From contig CP051526.1 in the NCBI GenBank assembly GCA_050916045.1, forward strand, positions 2,560,001-2,624,000: a stretch of DNA of 64,000 nucleotides, given 5' to 3'. Shown one piece after another: positions 39,523 through 48,099 of the stretch. Origin of the DNA: Tepidisphaera sp. (GTDB lineage: Bacteria; Planctomycetota; Phycisphaerae; Phycisphaerales; UBA1924). The stretch's first letter is position 1; each line of letters begins with the position of its first letter. The translations under genes were made by a program, and so were the position numbers. The notes beneath the pieces are model-generated. The model had not been told where the DNA came from. It saw nothing but the letters and a program-made list of their open reading frames with translations, and made no database searches.

Positions 39523-40716
39523 ATGAAACTCGCCGCCCTGCTCGCTTGCTGTTCCGCCCCCCTCGCCCTCGCTCAGGAAGCACTCTTTGATTTCTCGGGC
39601 GTGACCGCCCTCGCCCGCGGAGCGGTCTTTGGCACCAACGTCGAGGACCCCGTCCCCGGCTTCGAGATGCTCCTCATGAAGGACGGCCGCGTCGTCTACC
39701 ACCGCGCCTTCGGCGTCTGGTCCATCGGCCGCCCCGCCAACGCCGACTCCTCCACCAAGACCATCTCCGGCGCCGTCCTCATCGCCCTCATGGATGAACG
39801 CCCCCAAGCCTTCAACCTCGACACCCGCCTCAGCGACTACATCCCGCAGTTCACCGGCCCCAAATCCACCATCACCATCCGTCAAGCCTTCTCGCACACC
39901 GCGGGCTTCGGCTTCTCCGGCGCCGAGGGCGACGCGACCCTCACGCTCCAGCAAGCCGCCCTCGACATCGCGAACGACCCCCTCCGATACCTCCCCGGCA
40001 CCGTCTTCGACTACGGCGGCACCTCCATGCACGCCGCCGGAGCCGTCGCCGAACTCGCGGCCGGCGAATCCTGGAACTCCCTCTTCCAGCGCAAGCTCGC
40101 CGGCCCCCTCGGCTGGACCACCACGCGCTACGTCCTCACCTCGCCCACCAACCCGCGCATCGCCGGCGGCTGCGAAAGCACCGCGGCCGAGTTCGCCCGC
40201 ATGATGGAAATGCTCCGCACCGGCGGTCTCCACAACGGCCGCCGCGTCCTCAGCGAAGAGGGCGTCCGCACCCTTCTCACGCGTCAGTCCCCGGTCGGCA
40301 TCCCGATCGAAGGCTCACCGCTTCCCGGCGTCTCCGATTACGGCGTGGGCATCTGGCTCGACCAGCGCGACGCCGAAGGCAACCTCATCGGCGCGATCGC
40401 CGGCGGAGCCCGCGGCTTCCACGGCTGGATCGACCTCGACGATGGCGTCACCGGCGTCGTCGCGACCGACCTCACCCGCTTCAACAACATCGAACAGTGG
40501 CAGTACCTCGTGCGAGCCGAAGTCGAGCGAGCCGTCCGCAACCCCCTCCCCTGCCCCGCCGACTTCAACCGCGATGGCTTCGCCGACTTCTTCGACTACG
40601 ACGACTACGTCCTCGCGTTCGAAACCGGCGATCCCTCCGCCGACGTCAACCTCGACGAGTTCATCGACTTCTTCGACTACGACCTCTTCGTCGAAGCCTT
40701 CGAGTTCGGCTGCTGA
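39523..40716 (+). CDS. Exported serine hydrolase (beta-lactamase/AmpC fold) with C-terminal GC-type dockerin
   Basis: Signal peptide; SxxK (SSTK), ITIRQAFSHTAG, PGTVFDY; C-terminal CPADFNRDGFADFFDY..FEFGC. Confidence 0.88.
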   Translation: MKLAALLACCSAPLALAQEALFDFSGVTALARGAVFGTNVEDPVPGFEMLLMKDGRVVYHRAFGVWSIGRPANADSSTKTISGAVLIALMDERPQAFNLDTRLSDYIPQFTGPKSTITIRQAFSHTAGFGFSGAEGDATLTLQQAALDIANDPLRYLPGTVFDYGGTSMHAAGAVAELAAGESWNSLFQRKLAGPLGWTTTRYVLTSPTNPRIAGGCESTAAEFARMMEMLRTGGLHNGRRVLSEEGVRTLLTRQSPVGIPIEGSPLPGVSDYGVGIWLDQRDAEGNLIGAIAGGARGFHGWIDLDDGVTGVVATDLTRFNNIEQWQYLVRAEVERAVRNPLPCPADFNRDGFADFFDYDDYVLAFETGDPSADVNLDEFIDFFDYDLFVEAFEFGC

Positions 40717-40722
40717 GCTTTG

Positions 40723-40746
40723 GTGGCACCGCTCTCCAGAGCGGTG
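40723..40746 (+). repeat. REP-like 24-bp hairpin, copy 2
   Basis: GTGGCACCGCTCTCCAGAGCGGTG, starting 6 nt after the hydrolase stop. Confidence 0.85.
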
Positions 40747-40754
40747 TTTGCCTT

Positions 40755-40837
40755 CAGCCCGCAGGGCTGGTCGTGAGTAGCCGGGGGCAACGCCCCCCGT
40801 CACGCCACACCATTACCTTCGGACCCCGAAGGGGTCC
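40755..40837. repeat. Cluster of three short hairpins (REP/IS200-associated type)
   Basis: CAGCCC-GCA-GGGCTG, GTAGCCGGGGGC-AAC-GCCCCC and GGACCCC-GAA-GGGGTCC. Confidence 0.6.
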
Positions 40838-40872
40838 AACCCGGTAAGCACGCGGCCTGATAAACTCCACCG

Positions 40873-41304
40873 ATGCGGCACGCGACAACGAACCCCGCCG
40901 TCTTGATCCGTCGCGCGAAGCTCAGCTTTCTTCCCTTCCTGACGCTTATCCCCGCGATCGCGTTGTGCATCGGGGTCTTTGTGCCTGCCGTTGACGCGTT
41001 CATGCAACGCTCTGGTCCCTTTGCCGCGTGGGCATTGGGGATTCTCCCCGTCTTGATCGCCGTTCTCCTCCACGCGCCCATCGCGAGGCGCTACTACCGC
41101 CAAGCCGCCTCGATCATCCACGAGAAGAACTTCAACATCTGCCCGAACTGCAACTACGACATCTCGGCGATCAACAACCCAGACCGCTGCCCCGAGTGCG
41201 CCGCCCAAACATCACACCAGCAACGAATCGAGTTCTGGAGTCGCAGACTTCCCAAAGACATGCGCCAGCCACCGCGCGAGACAACTTCATCCTCGACGCT
41301 GTAG
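40873..41304 (+). CDS. Hypothetical 2-TM protein with C-terminal zinc ribbon
   Basis: Two TM helices followed by CPNCNYDI..RCPEC. Confidence 0.7.
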   Translation: MRHATTNPAVLIRRAKLSFLPFLTLIPAIALCIGVFVPAVDAFMQRSGPFAAWALGILPVLIAVLLHAPIARRYYRQAASIIHEKNFNICPNCNYDISAINNPDRCPECAAQTSHQQRIEFWSRRLPKDMRQPPRETTSSSTL

Positions 41305-41314
41305 AGCACCCCGC

Positions 41315-41740
41315 TCACTTCACCTTGCAAGCCCCCGTCCCACAGTCCTTCCGCCCCGTCAGCCACAACCGGTTCCGCGCGAACCACCGGTACGCGATGT
41401 CGGAAAGCCACCGAAGCCCAGGCCACGCCGTCGGCGCAAGCACCCAGCCCCAGCCGATCGCCGCGTACGCCCGCCGAAACACCTCAACGCCCGTCACCAA
41501 CCGATTCCCCGCCCCAACGTCGGGCACCACGCCGTGGATCTCGCCCATCACCGCTTCGTACGTTGTGCCGTACCGACCCGCGTCAAACCCGGGAGCCGCG
41601 ATGTCGACGATCGCAAGCCGGCCCCGCCCGCCATCAAGCCACCGCATCAGCGATGCTTCCTTCGCGCAAAGCGGGCACTCGCCGTCGATCAGGATCGTAA
41701 ATCGCGGTTCGGACTGAGTTTTTGTCGGAAGTTCGGTCAT
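41315..41740 (-). CDS. DCC family thiol-disulfide oxidoreductase (DUF393-like)
   Basis: Motifs LIDGECPLC and AYRWFARNR. Confidence 0.85.
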   Translation of the reverse strand: MTELPTKTQSEPRFTILIDGECPLCAKEASLMRWLDGGRGRLAIVDIAAPGFDAGRYGTTYEAVMGEIHGVVPDVGAGNRLVTGVEVFRRAYAAIGWGWVLAPTAWPGLRWLSDIAYRWFARNRLWLTGRKDCGTGACKVK

Positions 41741-41823
41741 CGCTACCCTCCATTTCGACCACCGAACACAAACGGATGCCGCATCCACACCACGATTCTC
41801 CGCGAAACCCCTCGGTGAGCCCC

Positions 41824-42276
41824 ATGACACCAACCCCCACCCCTACCCAAACTCCCTCCACCCCGCTCCAGACCGCTCCCCGCTGGATCCGCGTCTCCCT
41901 CCTGCTCGCCGGCTTCTACAACCTCGTCTGGGGCGGCATCGCGGTCCTCCTGCCCAACCTCATGTGGGATGTTCTCGGAGCCGCCCGCCCCAACTACCCC
42001 GAACTCTGGCAGTGCATCGGCATGATCGTCGGCGTCTACGGCATCGGCTACCTCATCGCCGCCCGCGACCCCTTCCGCCACTGGCCCATCATCCTGGTCG
42101 GCTTCCTCGGCAAAATCTTCGGCCCCATCGGGTTCGTGCAAGCCGTCATCAAAGGCACCTTCCCCCTCTCCTTCGGCTGGATCAACGTCACCAACGACGT
42201 CATCTGGTGGATCCCCTTCGGAGCCTGCCTCTGGCTCGCGTACAAGCACCACCGACCACAGCCCAAGACCTCTTGA
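41824..42276 (+). CDS. Conserved 4-TM membrane protein
   Basis: Conserved-looking AGFYNLVWG, WQCIGMIVGVYGIGY, HWPIILVGFLGK and NDVIWWIPF; strong host codon bias. Confidence 0.8.
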   Translation: MTPTPTPTQTPSTPLQTAPRWIRVSLLLAGFYNLVWGGIAVLLPNLMWDVLGAARPNYPELWQCIGMIVGVYGIGYLIAARDPFRHWPIILVGFLGKIFGPIGFVQAVIKGTFPLSFGWINVTNDVIWWIPFGACLWLAYKHHRPQPKTS

Positions 42277-42346
42277 CTTCGTGAGTTCCCCTCCGCGTCT
42301 CTTCGCCTCTGTGGTGATCTCCCCGCCCCTCGCACTACGATCGCCG

Positions 42347-44068
42347 ATGCCCACCCTCGTCTGCGTCCCGATCACGGTGCACGACCCCGACCGCGCTCTC
42401 GCCCTCGCCGCCGAAGCACGCGCCGCCGGTGCCGACATCGTCGAGTTCCGCATCGATGAGCTCTTCTCCGGCGACCTCGAAGCACCCGCCGGCGGCCCGC
42501 ACCCCGCCGTCCTCGCCATCGACCGACTCGCCGCCGAAAGCCCGCTCCCCTGCATCGTCACCTGCCGCTCCGCCAGCGAGGGCGGCGCCTACGACGGCGA
42601 CGACACCGACCGCGTCTCCCTCTACGAACGCCTCGGCACCCGCGACCCCGGCCGCGCCCCGACCTACCTCGACATCGAGCTCGCCGCCTACACCCGCTCC
42701 GCCAACCTCAAGCAGAAGATCAACCTCGCCGTCCGCCACGAAGCCCAGCTCCGCGAGGTCGGCCCCGCTCTCATCCTCTCCGCCCACGACTTCCAGACCC
42801 GACCCGCAGACCTCACGCGCCGCGTGCTCGCCATGCAAGCCGAGCCCGCGTGCGCCATCGCCAAGATCGCGTTCAAAGCACGCTCCCTCCGCGACAACCT
42901 CGAGCTCTTCGAACTCCTCGAACACCGCACCAAACCCATGATCGCCCTCGCGATGGGCGAGTTCGGCCTCCTCTCGCGCCTCCTCGCGCCCAAGTTCGGC
43001 GGCTTCCTCACCTTCGCCGCCCTCCGCCCCGCCGAGGTCACCGCGCCCGGCCAGCCGACCGTGAGCGACCTCTTGAGCCTCTACCGCTTCCGCGCGATCA
43101 ACGCCGCGACCAAGGTCTACGGCATCATCGGCTGGCCCGTCTCACACTCCAAGAGCCCGCACGTCCACAACGCTGCGTTCTCCGCGACAAACCACAACGG
43201 CGTCTACGTCCCGCTCCCCATCCCCACGCCCGACGGCGCCCACTCTCCCGACGATGCCTATCTCGTCTTCAAAGCCACACTCCTGGACCTCATCCACGAC
43301 CCGCGCCTCTCCTTCTCCGGCGCAAGCGTCACTATCCCGCACAAAGAGCACCTCCTCCGCCTCGCCCGCGAACAAAGCTGGGCCATCGACCCCGTCGCGA
43401 GCGCCGTCGGCGCCGCCAACACGCTCACCATCACGCGCACCGCATCCAACGCGTTCGCCTCCGCTTCCATCAGCAACACCGACGTTCCCGGCCTCGTGGA
43501 CCCGCTCCGCGAAGCCTTCCCGTCGCTCAAAGGCTTGCGAGCCGCCATCCTCGGAGCCGGCGGTGCCGCCCGCGCCGCCGCGTACGGCCTTCTCCGCGAT
43601 GGTGCCCACGTCACCATCCACAACCGCGACCTCGCCAAAGCCCGCGCCGTCGCCGACGACCTCGCCCCTCACATCGCAAACGGCATGCCAACGCCCACCG
43701 TGGCCTCGCTGGAAGCCATCGACCCCGCCGCTTTCGACCTCTGCATCAACTGCACCCCCGTCGGTATGAAGTCCGGCCCCGCGCCCGACCAGTCACCCAT
43801 TCCGGTCAGCCGGTTCATCCCCCAAACTGCCACTCAGACCACAAGCCAGAACCGACAAGCCCAACCGCTCGTACTGGATACGGTGTACACGCCCGCTCAA
43901 ACACCGCTCCTCCAAGCCGCTCAGCACGCCGGCTGGCGAACCATCGACGGCGTCCACATGTTCGTCCGGCAAGCCACGCTTCAGTTCCACACCTGGACGG
44001 GCCAGCTTCCTCCGCCCGGACTCTTCGATCGTCTGGTCCGGGGTTCGCACGAAGAACGGGTTCCGTAG
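42347..44068 (+). CDS. aroE: Bifunctional type I 3-dehydroquinate dehydratase / shikimate dehydrogenase (AroD-AroE fusion)
   Basis: N-terminal VEFRID, EGG, SAHDF and TAPGQ; C-terminal HSKSP, SVTIPHK, AANT, NTD, GAGGAARA and NCTPVGM. Confidence 0.93.
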   Translation: MPTLVCVPITVHDPDRALALAAEARAAGADIVEFRIDELFSGDLEAPAGGPHPAVLAIDRLAAESPLPCIVTCRSASEGGAYDGDDTDRVSLYERLGTRDPGRAPTYLDIELAAYTRSANLKQKINLAVRHEAQLREVGPALILSAHDFQTRPADLTRRVLAMQAEPACAIAKIAFKARSLRDNLELFELLEHRTKPMIALAMGEFGLLSRLLAPKFGGFLTFAALRPAEVTAPGQPTVSDLLSLYRFRAINAATKVYGIIGWPVSHSKSPHVHNAAFSATNHNGVYVPLPIPTPDGAHSPDDAYLVFKATLLDLIHDPRLSFSGASVTIPHKEHLLRLAREQSWAIDPVASAVGAANTLTITRTASNAFASASISNTDVPGLVDPLREAFPSLKGLRAAILGAGGAARAAAYGLLRDGAHVTIHNRDLAKARAVADDLAPHIANGMPTPTVASLEAIDPAAFDLCINCTPVGMKSGPAPDQSPIPVSRFIPQTATQTTSQNRQAQPLVLDTVYTPAQTPLLQAAQHAGWRTIDGVHMFVRQATLQFHTWTGQLPPPGLFDRLVRGSHEERVP

Positions 44069-44077
44069 GAGCACATC

Positions 44078-44401
44078 ATGCTCGACAAACCAGTCCTCTA
44101 CCCCCACTACTACCGCTGGGTGATCCTCTTCGCGTCCCTCGACGTCATCCTCACGTGGATCATCCTGACCCGCGGCGGCGCTGAGCTCAACATCATCGCC
44201 AAGCAGGTCATCGACTCCGCCGGCCTCCCCGGCATGCTCGCCTACAAGTTCTTCCTCATCATTCTCGTGCTCGTCATCTGTGAGCACATCGGCCGCATCC
44301 GCTTCCACACCGGCCGCGGCGTCGCCCTCACCGCCATCGCCCTCAACATCTTCCCCGTCCTCGTCGGCGGCACCCAACTCGCCCGCCACGCGATGCACTA
44401 A
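44078..44401 (+). CDS. Small membrane protein (DUF5658-like)
   Basis: GGAG ribosome-binding site; SLDVILTWIIL..GGAELN..YKF pattern; 3 TMs. Confidence 0.7.
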   Translation: MLDKPVLYPHYYRWVILFASLDVILTWIILTRGGAELNIIAKQVIDSAGLPGMLAYKFFLIILVLVICEHIGRIRFHTGRGVALTAIALNIFPVLVGGTQLARHAMH

Positions 44402-44404
44402 CCC

Positions 44405-44458
44405 CCTTCTCCCCGTGCTTCACGGGGAGAAGGTGCCGCGCCAGCGGCGGATGAGGGG
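44405..44458. repeat. Intergenic palindromic repeat / possible bidirectional terminator
   Basis: CCTTCTCCCCGTG-CTT-CACGGGGAGAAGG-TGCC..GGCGGATGAGGGG between convergent genes. Confidence 0.7.
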
Positions 44459-44512
44459 TCTTCGAGGACCACGATGCCCAAGAAAAAGTTGTCCGATGCC
44501 TTCCGCCGGCCC

Positions 44513-44540
44513 AAGTGCCTAGTGCCAAGTGCCAAGTGCC
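44513..44540. repeat. Heptamer tandem repeat (WAGTGCC)x4
   Basis: AAGTGCC TAGTGCC AAGTGCC AAGTGCC; two related units at 32695..32708. Confidence 0.7.
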
Positions 44541-44545
44541 TTCCC

Positions 44546-46159
44546 TCAGCACCCCACCTCAAACGCTTCCACAAACCCCATGTAGTCAAAGAAGTCCGTG
44601 AACCCGTCTTGGTTGAAATCCCCGACATTAAACCGCCCGCACGCTTCCCCGCTCTCAAAGCACGCCAGAAACGCGTCGTAGTCGAAGAAATCCACAAACC
44701 CGTCCTCGTTGATGTCCGGCGGACACACATCAAGCCGCGCCGACACCACGAACACGCGCCGCACGCCGCCCGCGGCGCGCATCCGCACCCAGAACGCAAT
44801 CGAGCCATCCCTCGCCATCCGTGTGGTCCCGCTCGAAGCATCTGTCCCGATCGACACTTCGTCCGTGCCGCGGACATCGCTGACTCCCACATCCTCGACG
44901 ACCCCAAACGACCCAAGCACGCCGGGCAGCGGAGTCGGATCGCCGGCCGAAGCAACCAGCGCCACAGCCCCGCTTCTCTCGACCAAGCCGATCCCCTGCC
45001 CGTTCGTCCATGCGCCCCGTCCGCCCGAGGTGAACCAGACATTCGCCGCGAGCCCGTTCGGAACGCCGACGTTTCGCGAGCTCCCGAGCCGCGGATCACC
45101 GGAGATCGCGATCGGACGAAGCTCCCCGTTCTCATACTCGAAAAGACCGGGAAAGAACGCCTGCGGAGACTCGTTCGTGGCGCCCCGCACCGACAGGTAA
45201 ATCCGGCCGTCCGCCGTCGCGAAGGGAATCGGCTGGACCGCGAACCCATCGGGGCCGTACCCCGGCAGAGGGATCAGCGGGGAAGCGATCTCGCGCCCGC
45301 GGCCGTCCGGAAAGACCATCCAAGCCGCTCCCGGCTGCCACATGAGGGCGGTTTCGTCCTCCAGAACACCGCAGATCCGCGATCCGGAACTGATCGGTGT
45401 CGGCACCCCGGGAATCGACTCACCCTGAAAGCTCGTCGCGCGGAGTTGGCCGTTGATGTAGAGCCCCCTGATCCATCGAAAGGGTGGAGCAGTGACGCCC
45501 TTGATCATGATGGCGCTTTCCCCGCCGAAGCTCGCATCCTCAAGGATGGAAAACAACGATCCCTGCGGTGCAAGCCCGCCAATCTCCATCCTGTTCAGAT
45601 CGAGCGGCAAGAACTCACCACCCAGCATCCCGACCTGAAGCACGCCCCCACCGCTCCAGAGCAGGCACGCTCCGTCTCCACGAATCTTCGAGACGATGCG
45701 GTTCTCCGCGAACTCCGGCTGACGCGGGCGGCCCACGATCCAAGCTTCACCGCCCGCTTGCCCCGGCGCTAGCGGAGAATACCTCACTCGAAAAGCGGAT
45801 CGCCTGTCGCGAAGCTCCACCACCCGTGATCCATATCCCAACCCGTCAGGCTGCAACGCAAACCGAAAGTCGGCATCAGGCAGCCCGGAAACTCTCGTCC
45901 CCGCCGCCAGGATCTCCGCCGCCCCGTCATCGTCGATCGAATAAAGCGCCCCCCCGTCCCAAACGACCTCCCCGGACGCGAACTGAAGCATCATCCGCGG
46001 GTTGCCTTGGGTCCAGCCAGGATCAATCGCCGGCCAAGGCCCGCTCGATGTGCCCACCTCGGCAAGCACCCGATAGTCGACCCGAGGCGAAGTCTGCCCG
46101 ATCGCCGTCGAGATGAACCCTGAGACCACCGCCGCCACAAGAAGACGCGAGCTTTCCAA
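44546..46159 (-). CDS. Exported hypothetical protein with C-terminal GC-type dockerin
   Basis: TTG 46159 lies 7 nt after GGAGG; signal peptide; C-terminus CPPDINEDGFVDFFDY..GDFNQDGFTDFFDYMGFVEAFEVGC. Confidence 0.78.
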   Translation of the reverse strand: MESSRLLVAAVVSGFISTAIGQTSPRVDYRVLAEVGTSSGPWPAIDPGWTQGNPRMMLQFASGEVVWDGGALYSIDDDGAAEILAAGTRVSGLPDADFRFALQPDGLGYGSRVVELRDRRSAFRVRYSPLAPGQAGGEAWIVGRPRQPEFAENRIVSKIRGDGACLLWSGGGVLQVGMLGGEFLPLDLNRMEIGGLAPQGSLFSILEDASFGGESAIMIKGVTAPPFRWIRGLYINGQLRATSFQGESIPGVPTPISSGSRICGVLEDETALMWQPGAAWMVFPDGRGREIASPLIPLPGYGPDGFAVQPIPFATADGRIYLSVRGATNESPQAFFPGLFEYENGELRPIAISGDPRLGSSRNVGVPNGLAANVWFTSGGRGAWTNGQGIGLVERSGAVALVASAGDPTPLPGVLGSFGVVEDVGVSDVRGTDEVSIGTDASSGTTRMARDGSIAFWVRMRAAGGVRRVFVVSARLDVCPPDINEDGFVDFFDYDAFLACFESGEACGRFNVGDFNQDGFTDFFDYMGFVEAFEVGC

Positions 46160-46268
46160 GATCACACCTCCAACGCCCGACTCCCCGACTCCCCAAACAC
46201 CGCCGAAGGCTATGAACTGGTGCTTTCCCGGGCCGCATGCCAACGGCCGATTGCCCGGAGCCCTTCAC

Positions 46269-46331
46269 TCAGCACCCCACCTCAAACGCCTCCACGAACC
46301 CCATGTAATCAAAGAAGTCCGTGAACCCGTC
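46269..46331 (-). pseudogene. Orphan dockerin 3' fragment, direct repeat of 44546..44608
   Basis: 60 of 63 nt identical to the end of the downstream gene; encodes DGFTDFFDYMGFVEAFEVGC*. Confidence 0.85.
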
Positions 46332-46514
46332 CAAGGGTTCCGCGTTCCGCACACCAGATCGCTTCGGAATCGAAGCTTCAGAGTGACCTGTGCCGGCCCC
46401 AGAGTTTCGCTCGAAACCGCTCCTCGGTTCCGCCTCGTTGGCCACCCCGCTCCCGACCGTTCGAGCGGGGGCCCTTCCCACGAGCGGGCCCGCGCGGCCT
46501 ACTCCACTGCCCCA

Positions 46515-47045
46515 CTACTCGCCAACCCCGCTCGTCCGCAGAAGCGTCTTGAAGCTCTCGCTGAACACGAAGTTCCATTCCGGGAAAGCCTGCCCCGCCA
46601 TGTTGTTGTCCAGATGGCTGAACATCAGGTCGATCGTCCCGATCTTCTCCACCTTGCCCGCTCCGCCCGTCGCCGCAGGCTCGATCAATTCCACCACGCC
46701 CTGCGTGCTCGCGCCCACCGCATCCAGATGCGTGATCGTCGCCGTATACCGAAGCGTGTGCCCCGGCCGCGCCTCGCGCGTCAGTTCCGCTTTCCCCACC
46801 TTCGCCAGAATCACCTTCTCGCGAAACTGCTCCGCGTGCCCGACCAGAATCCCCGCCGTCTGCGCCATCCCCTCCACGATCAAGCTCATCGGCATCACCG
46901 GCTGCGCCCGACGCTCGCCCCACGCCCCGCTCTTCGCCGCAAAGTGATCGTGCAGATGCTCTTCCGCCATCGAGACATGCTTGATCGCGACAAGCCGCTC
47001 CCGCGGCACAAGCTCCACCACACGATCAATCCACATCCATCGCAT
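46515..47045 (-). CDS. FabZ/FabA-like 3-hydroxyacyl-ACP dehydratase
   Basis: Hot-dog fold motifs WIDRV, DHF and PVMPMSLIVEGMAQ. Confidence 0.85.
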   Translation of the reverse strand: MRWMWIDRVVELVPRERLVAIKHVSMAEEHLHDHFAAKSGAWGERRAQPVMPMSLIVEGMAQTAGILVGHAEQFREKVILAKVGKAELTREARPGHTLRYTATITHLDAVGASTQGVVELIEPAATGGAGKVEKIGTIDLMFSHLDNNMAGQAFPEWNFVFSESFKTLLRTSGVGE

Positions 47046-47088
47046 GAGCGTGCCTCAGCCCCTCAACCCAAACCCCACCGCCAGCTCT

Positions 47089-47484
47089 TTACTTCTGAAG
47101 CTTCCGCTCCACGTAATTCACAAGCGTCTCCACCGTGAACACCGAAGCCACCTTCTTCAACACCGGGTCCTTCTCCCATTCGGAGAAGTCCACGTGCGGC
47201 AGCTTGCCCTTCAGACCCGCGATCCCCGCCGGCGTCACGCGCCCATCCTTCACGAATTCCGCGTTCTGCGCCACACCCTCGGGGAAAAGCTCACCCTGCG
47301 GGATCGTGATCCCAAACGCCTGCTGAAGCTTGAACACGATGTCGAGAAAATCGATCGACTCCGCGCCAAGGTCCGTCGTCAGACGAGCCGAAAGCGTCAC
47401 CTCATCCTCATCCACCGCCAAGGCGTCCACAAGCAACTCTCTGACCTTCTCGAAAATCTCTTCGCGTGTCATCTCGGATTCCAT
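47089..47484 (-). CDS. Acyl carrier protein (long form with internal insert)
   Basis: Phosphopantetheine site DLGAESIDFLDI; start 47484 or 47472. Confidence 0.9.
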   Translation of the reverse strand: MESEMTREEIFEKVRELLVDALAVDEDEVTLSARLTTDLGAESIDFLDIVFKLQQAFGITIPQGELFPEGVAQNAEFVKDGRVTPAGIAGLKGKLPHVDFSEWEKDPVLKKVASVFTVETLVNYVERKLQK

Positions 47485-47606
47485 GAAGCGCGGCAAGCCG
47501 TCCGCAAAGGTCGGACGCCGCACGCGTTCTGTGTTCGAACGGGTATGTTAGCCTACGCCCTACCCATTGTCCTCGACCAGAACGCAACGCCCTGCCAATC
47601 CAAGAC

Positions 47607-48014
47607 TTACAGCCGCGCCGGCCGCAGGGTGATCCGCCCGCTCGCCGCCACAGGGTGCTCAGCCCCCGCCGCGGCGGTCGGTTCCACCAGCAGCGCCTCC
47701 GCTTTGAACTCTTCCCCGCCCTCGGTCACCTTGAACCTCGTCACCTCAACCCGAAGCGTCGCTCCCGGCGGCACAAACCGCCCGTACTTGAGCCCCCGCA
47801 CCGCGCCAAGCACCAGCGGCGGGTCCGCCCGATCATCCGGATCCGCAAGCAGCCGCGCCGCCTGCACCATCGCTTCAAGCATCATCACGCCCGGAAGCAC
47901 CGGATACCCCGGAAAGTGATCCTGCAAATACTCCTCCGCGGAAGAGACATGCTTGATCGTCACGATCCGATCGTCCGACCGCTCCAGCACCGAATCCACA
48001 AGTGAAAAATGCAC
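47607..48014 (-). CDS. fabZ: 3-hydroxyacyl-ACP dehydratase, FabZ family
   Basis: DHFPGYPVLPGVMMLEAMVQ; GTG start at 48014. Confidence 0.85.
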   Translation of the reverse strand: MHFSLVDSVLERSDDRIVTIKHVSSAEEYLQDHFPGYPVLPGVMMLEAMVQAARLLADPDDRADPPLVLGAVRGLKYGRFVPPGATLRVEVTRFKVTEGGEEFKAEALLVEPTAAAGAEHPVAASGRITLRPARL

Positions 48015-48099
48015 GCAAGAGCATAGGCCTTTCTCGTCTTCATTTGGCCATTTGAAAATTTGACCATTTGGCGATTTCGCAGCGTCCCTACGCTGCCCC

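Noticed and set aside
46332..46481. 70-aa ORF 46269..46481 as a real small dockerin protein
   Set aside because: Its N-terminal 50 codons derive from hairpin DNA, with no signal peptide and only half a dockerin
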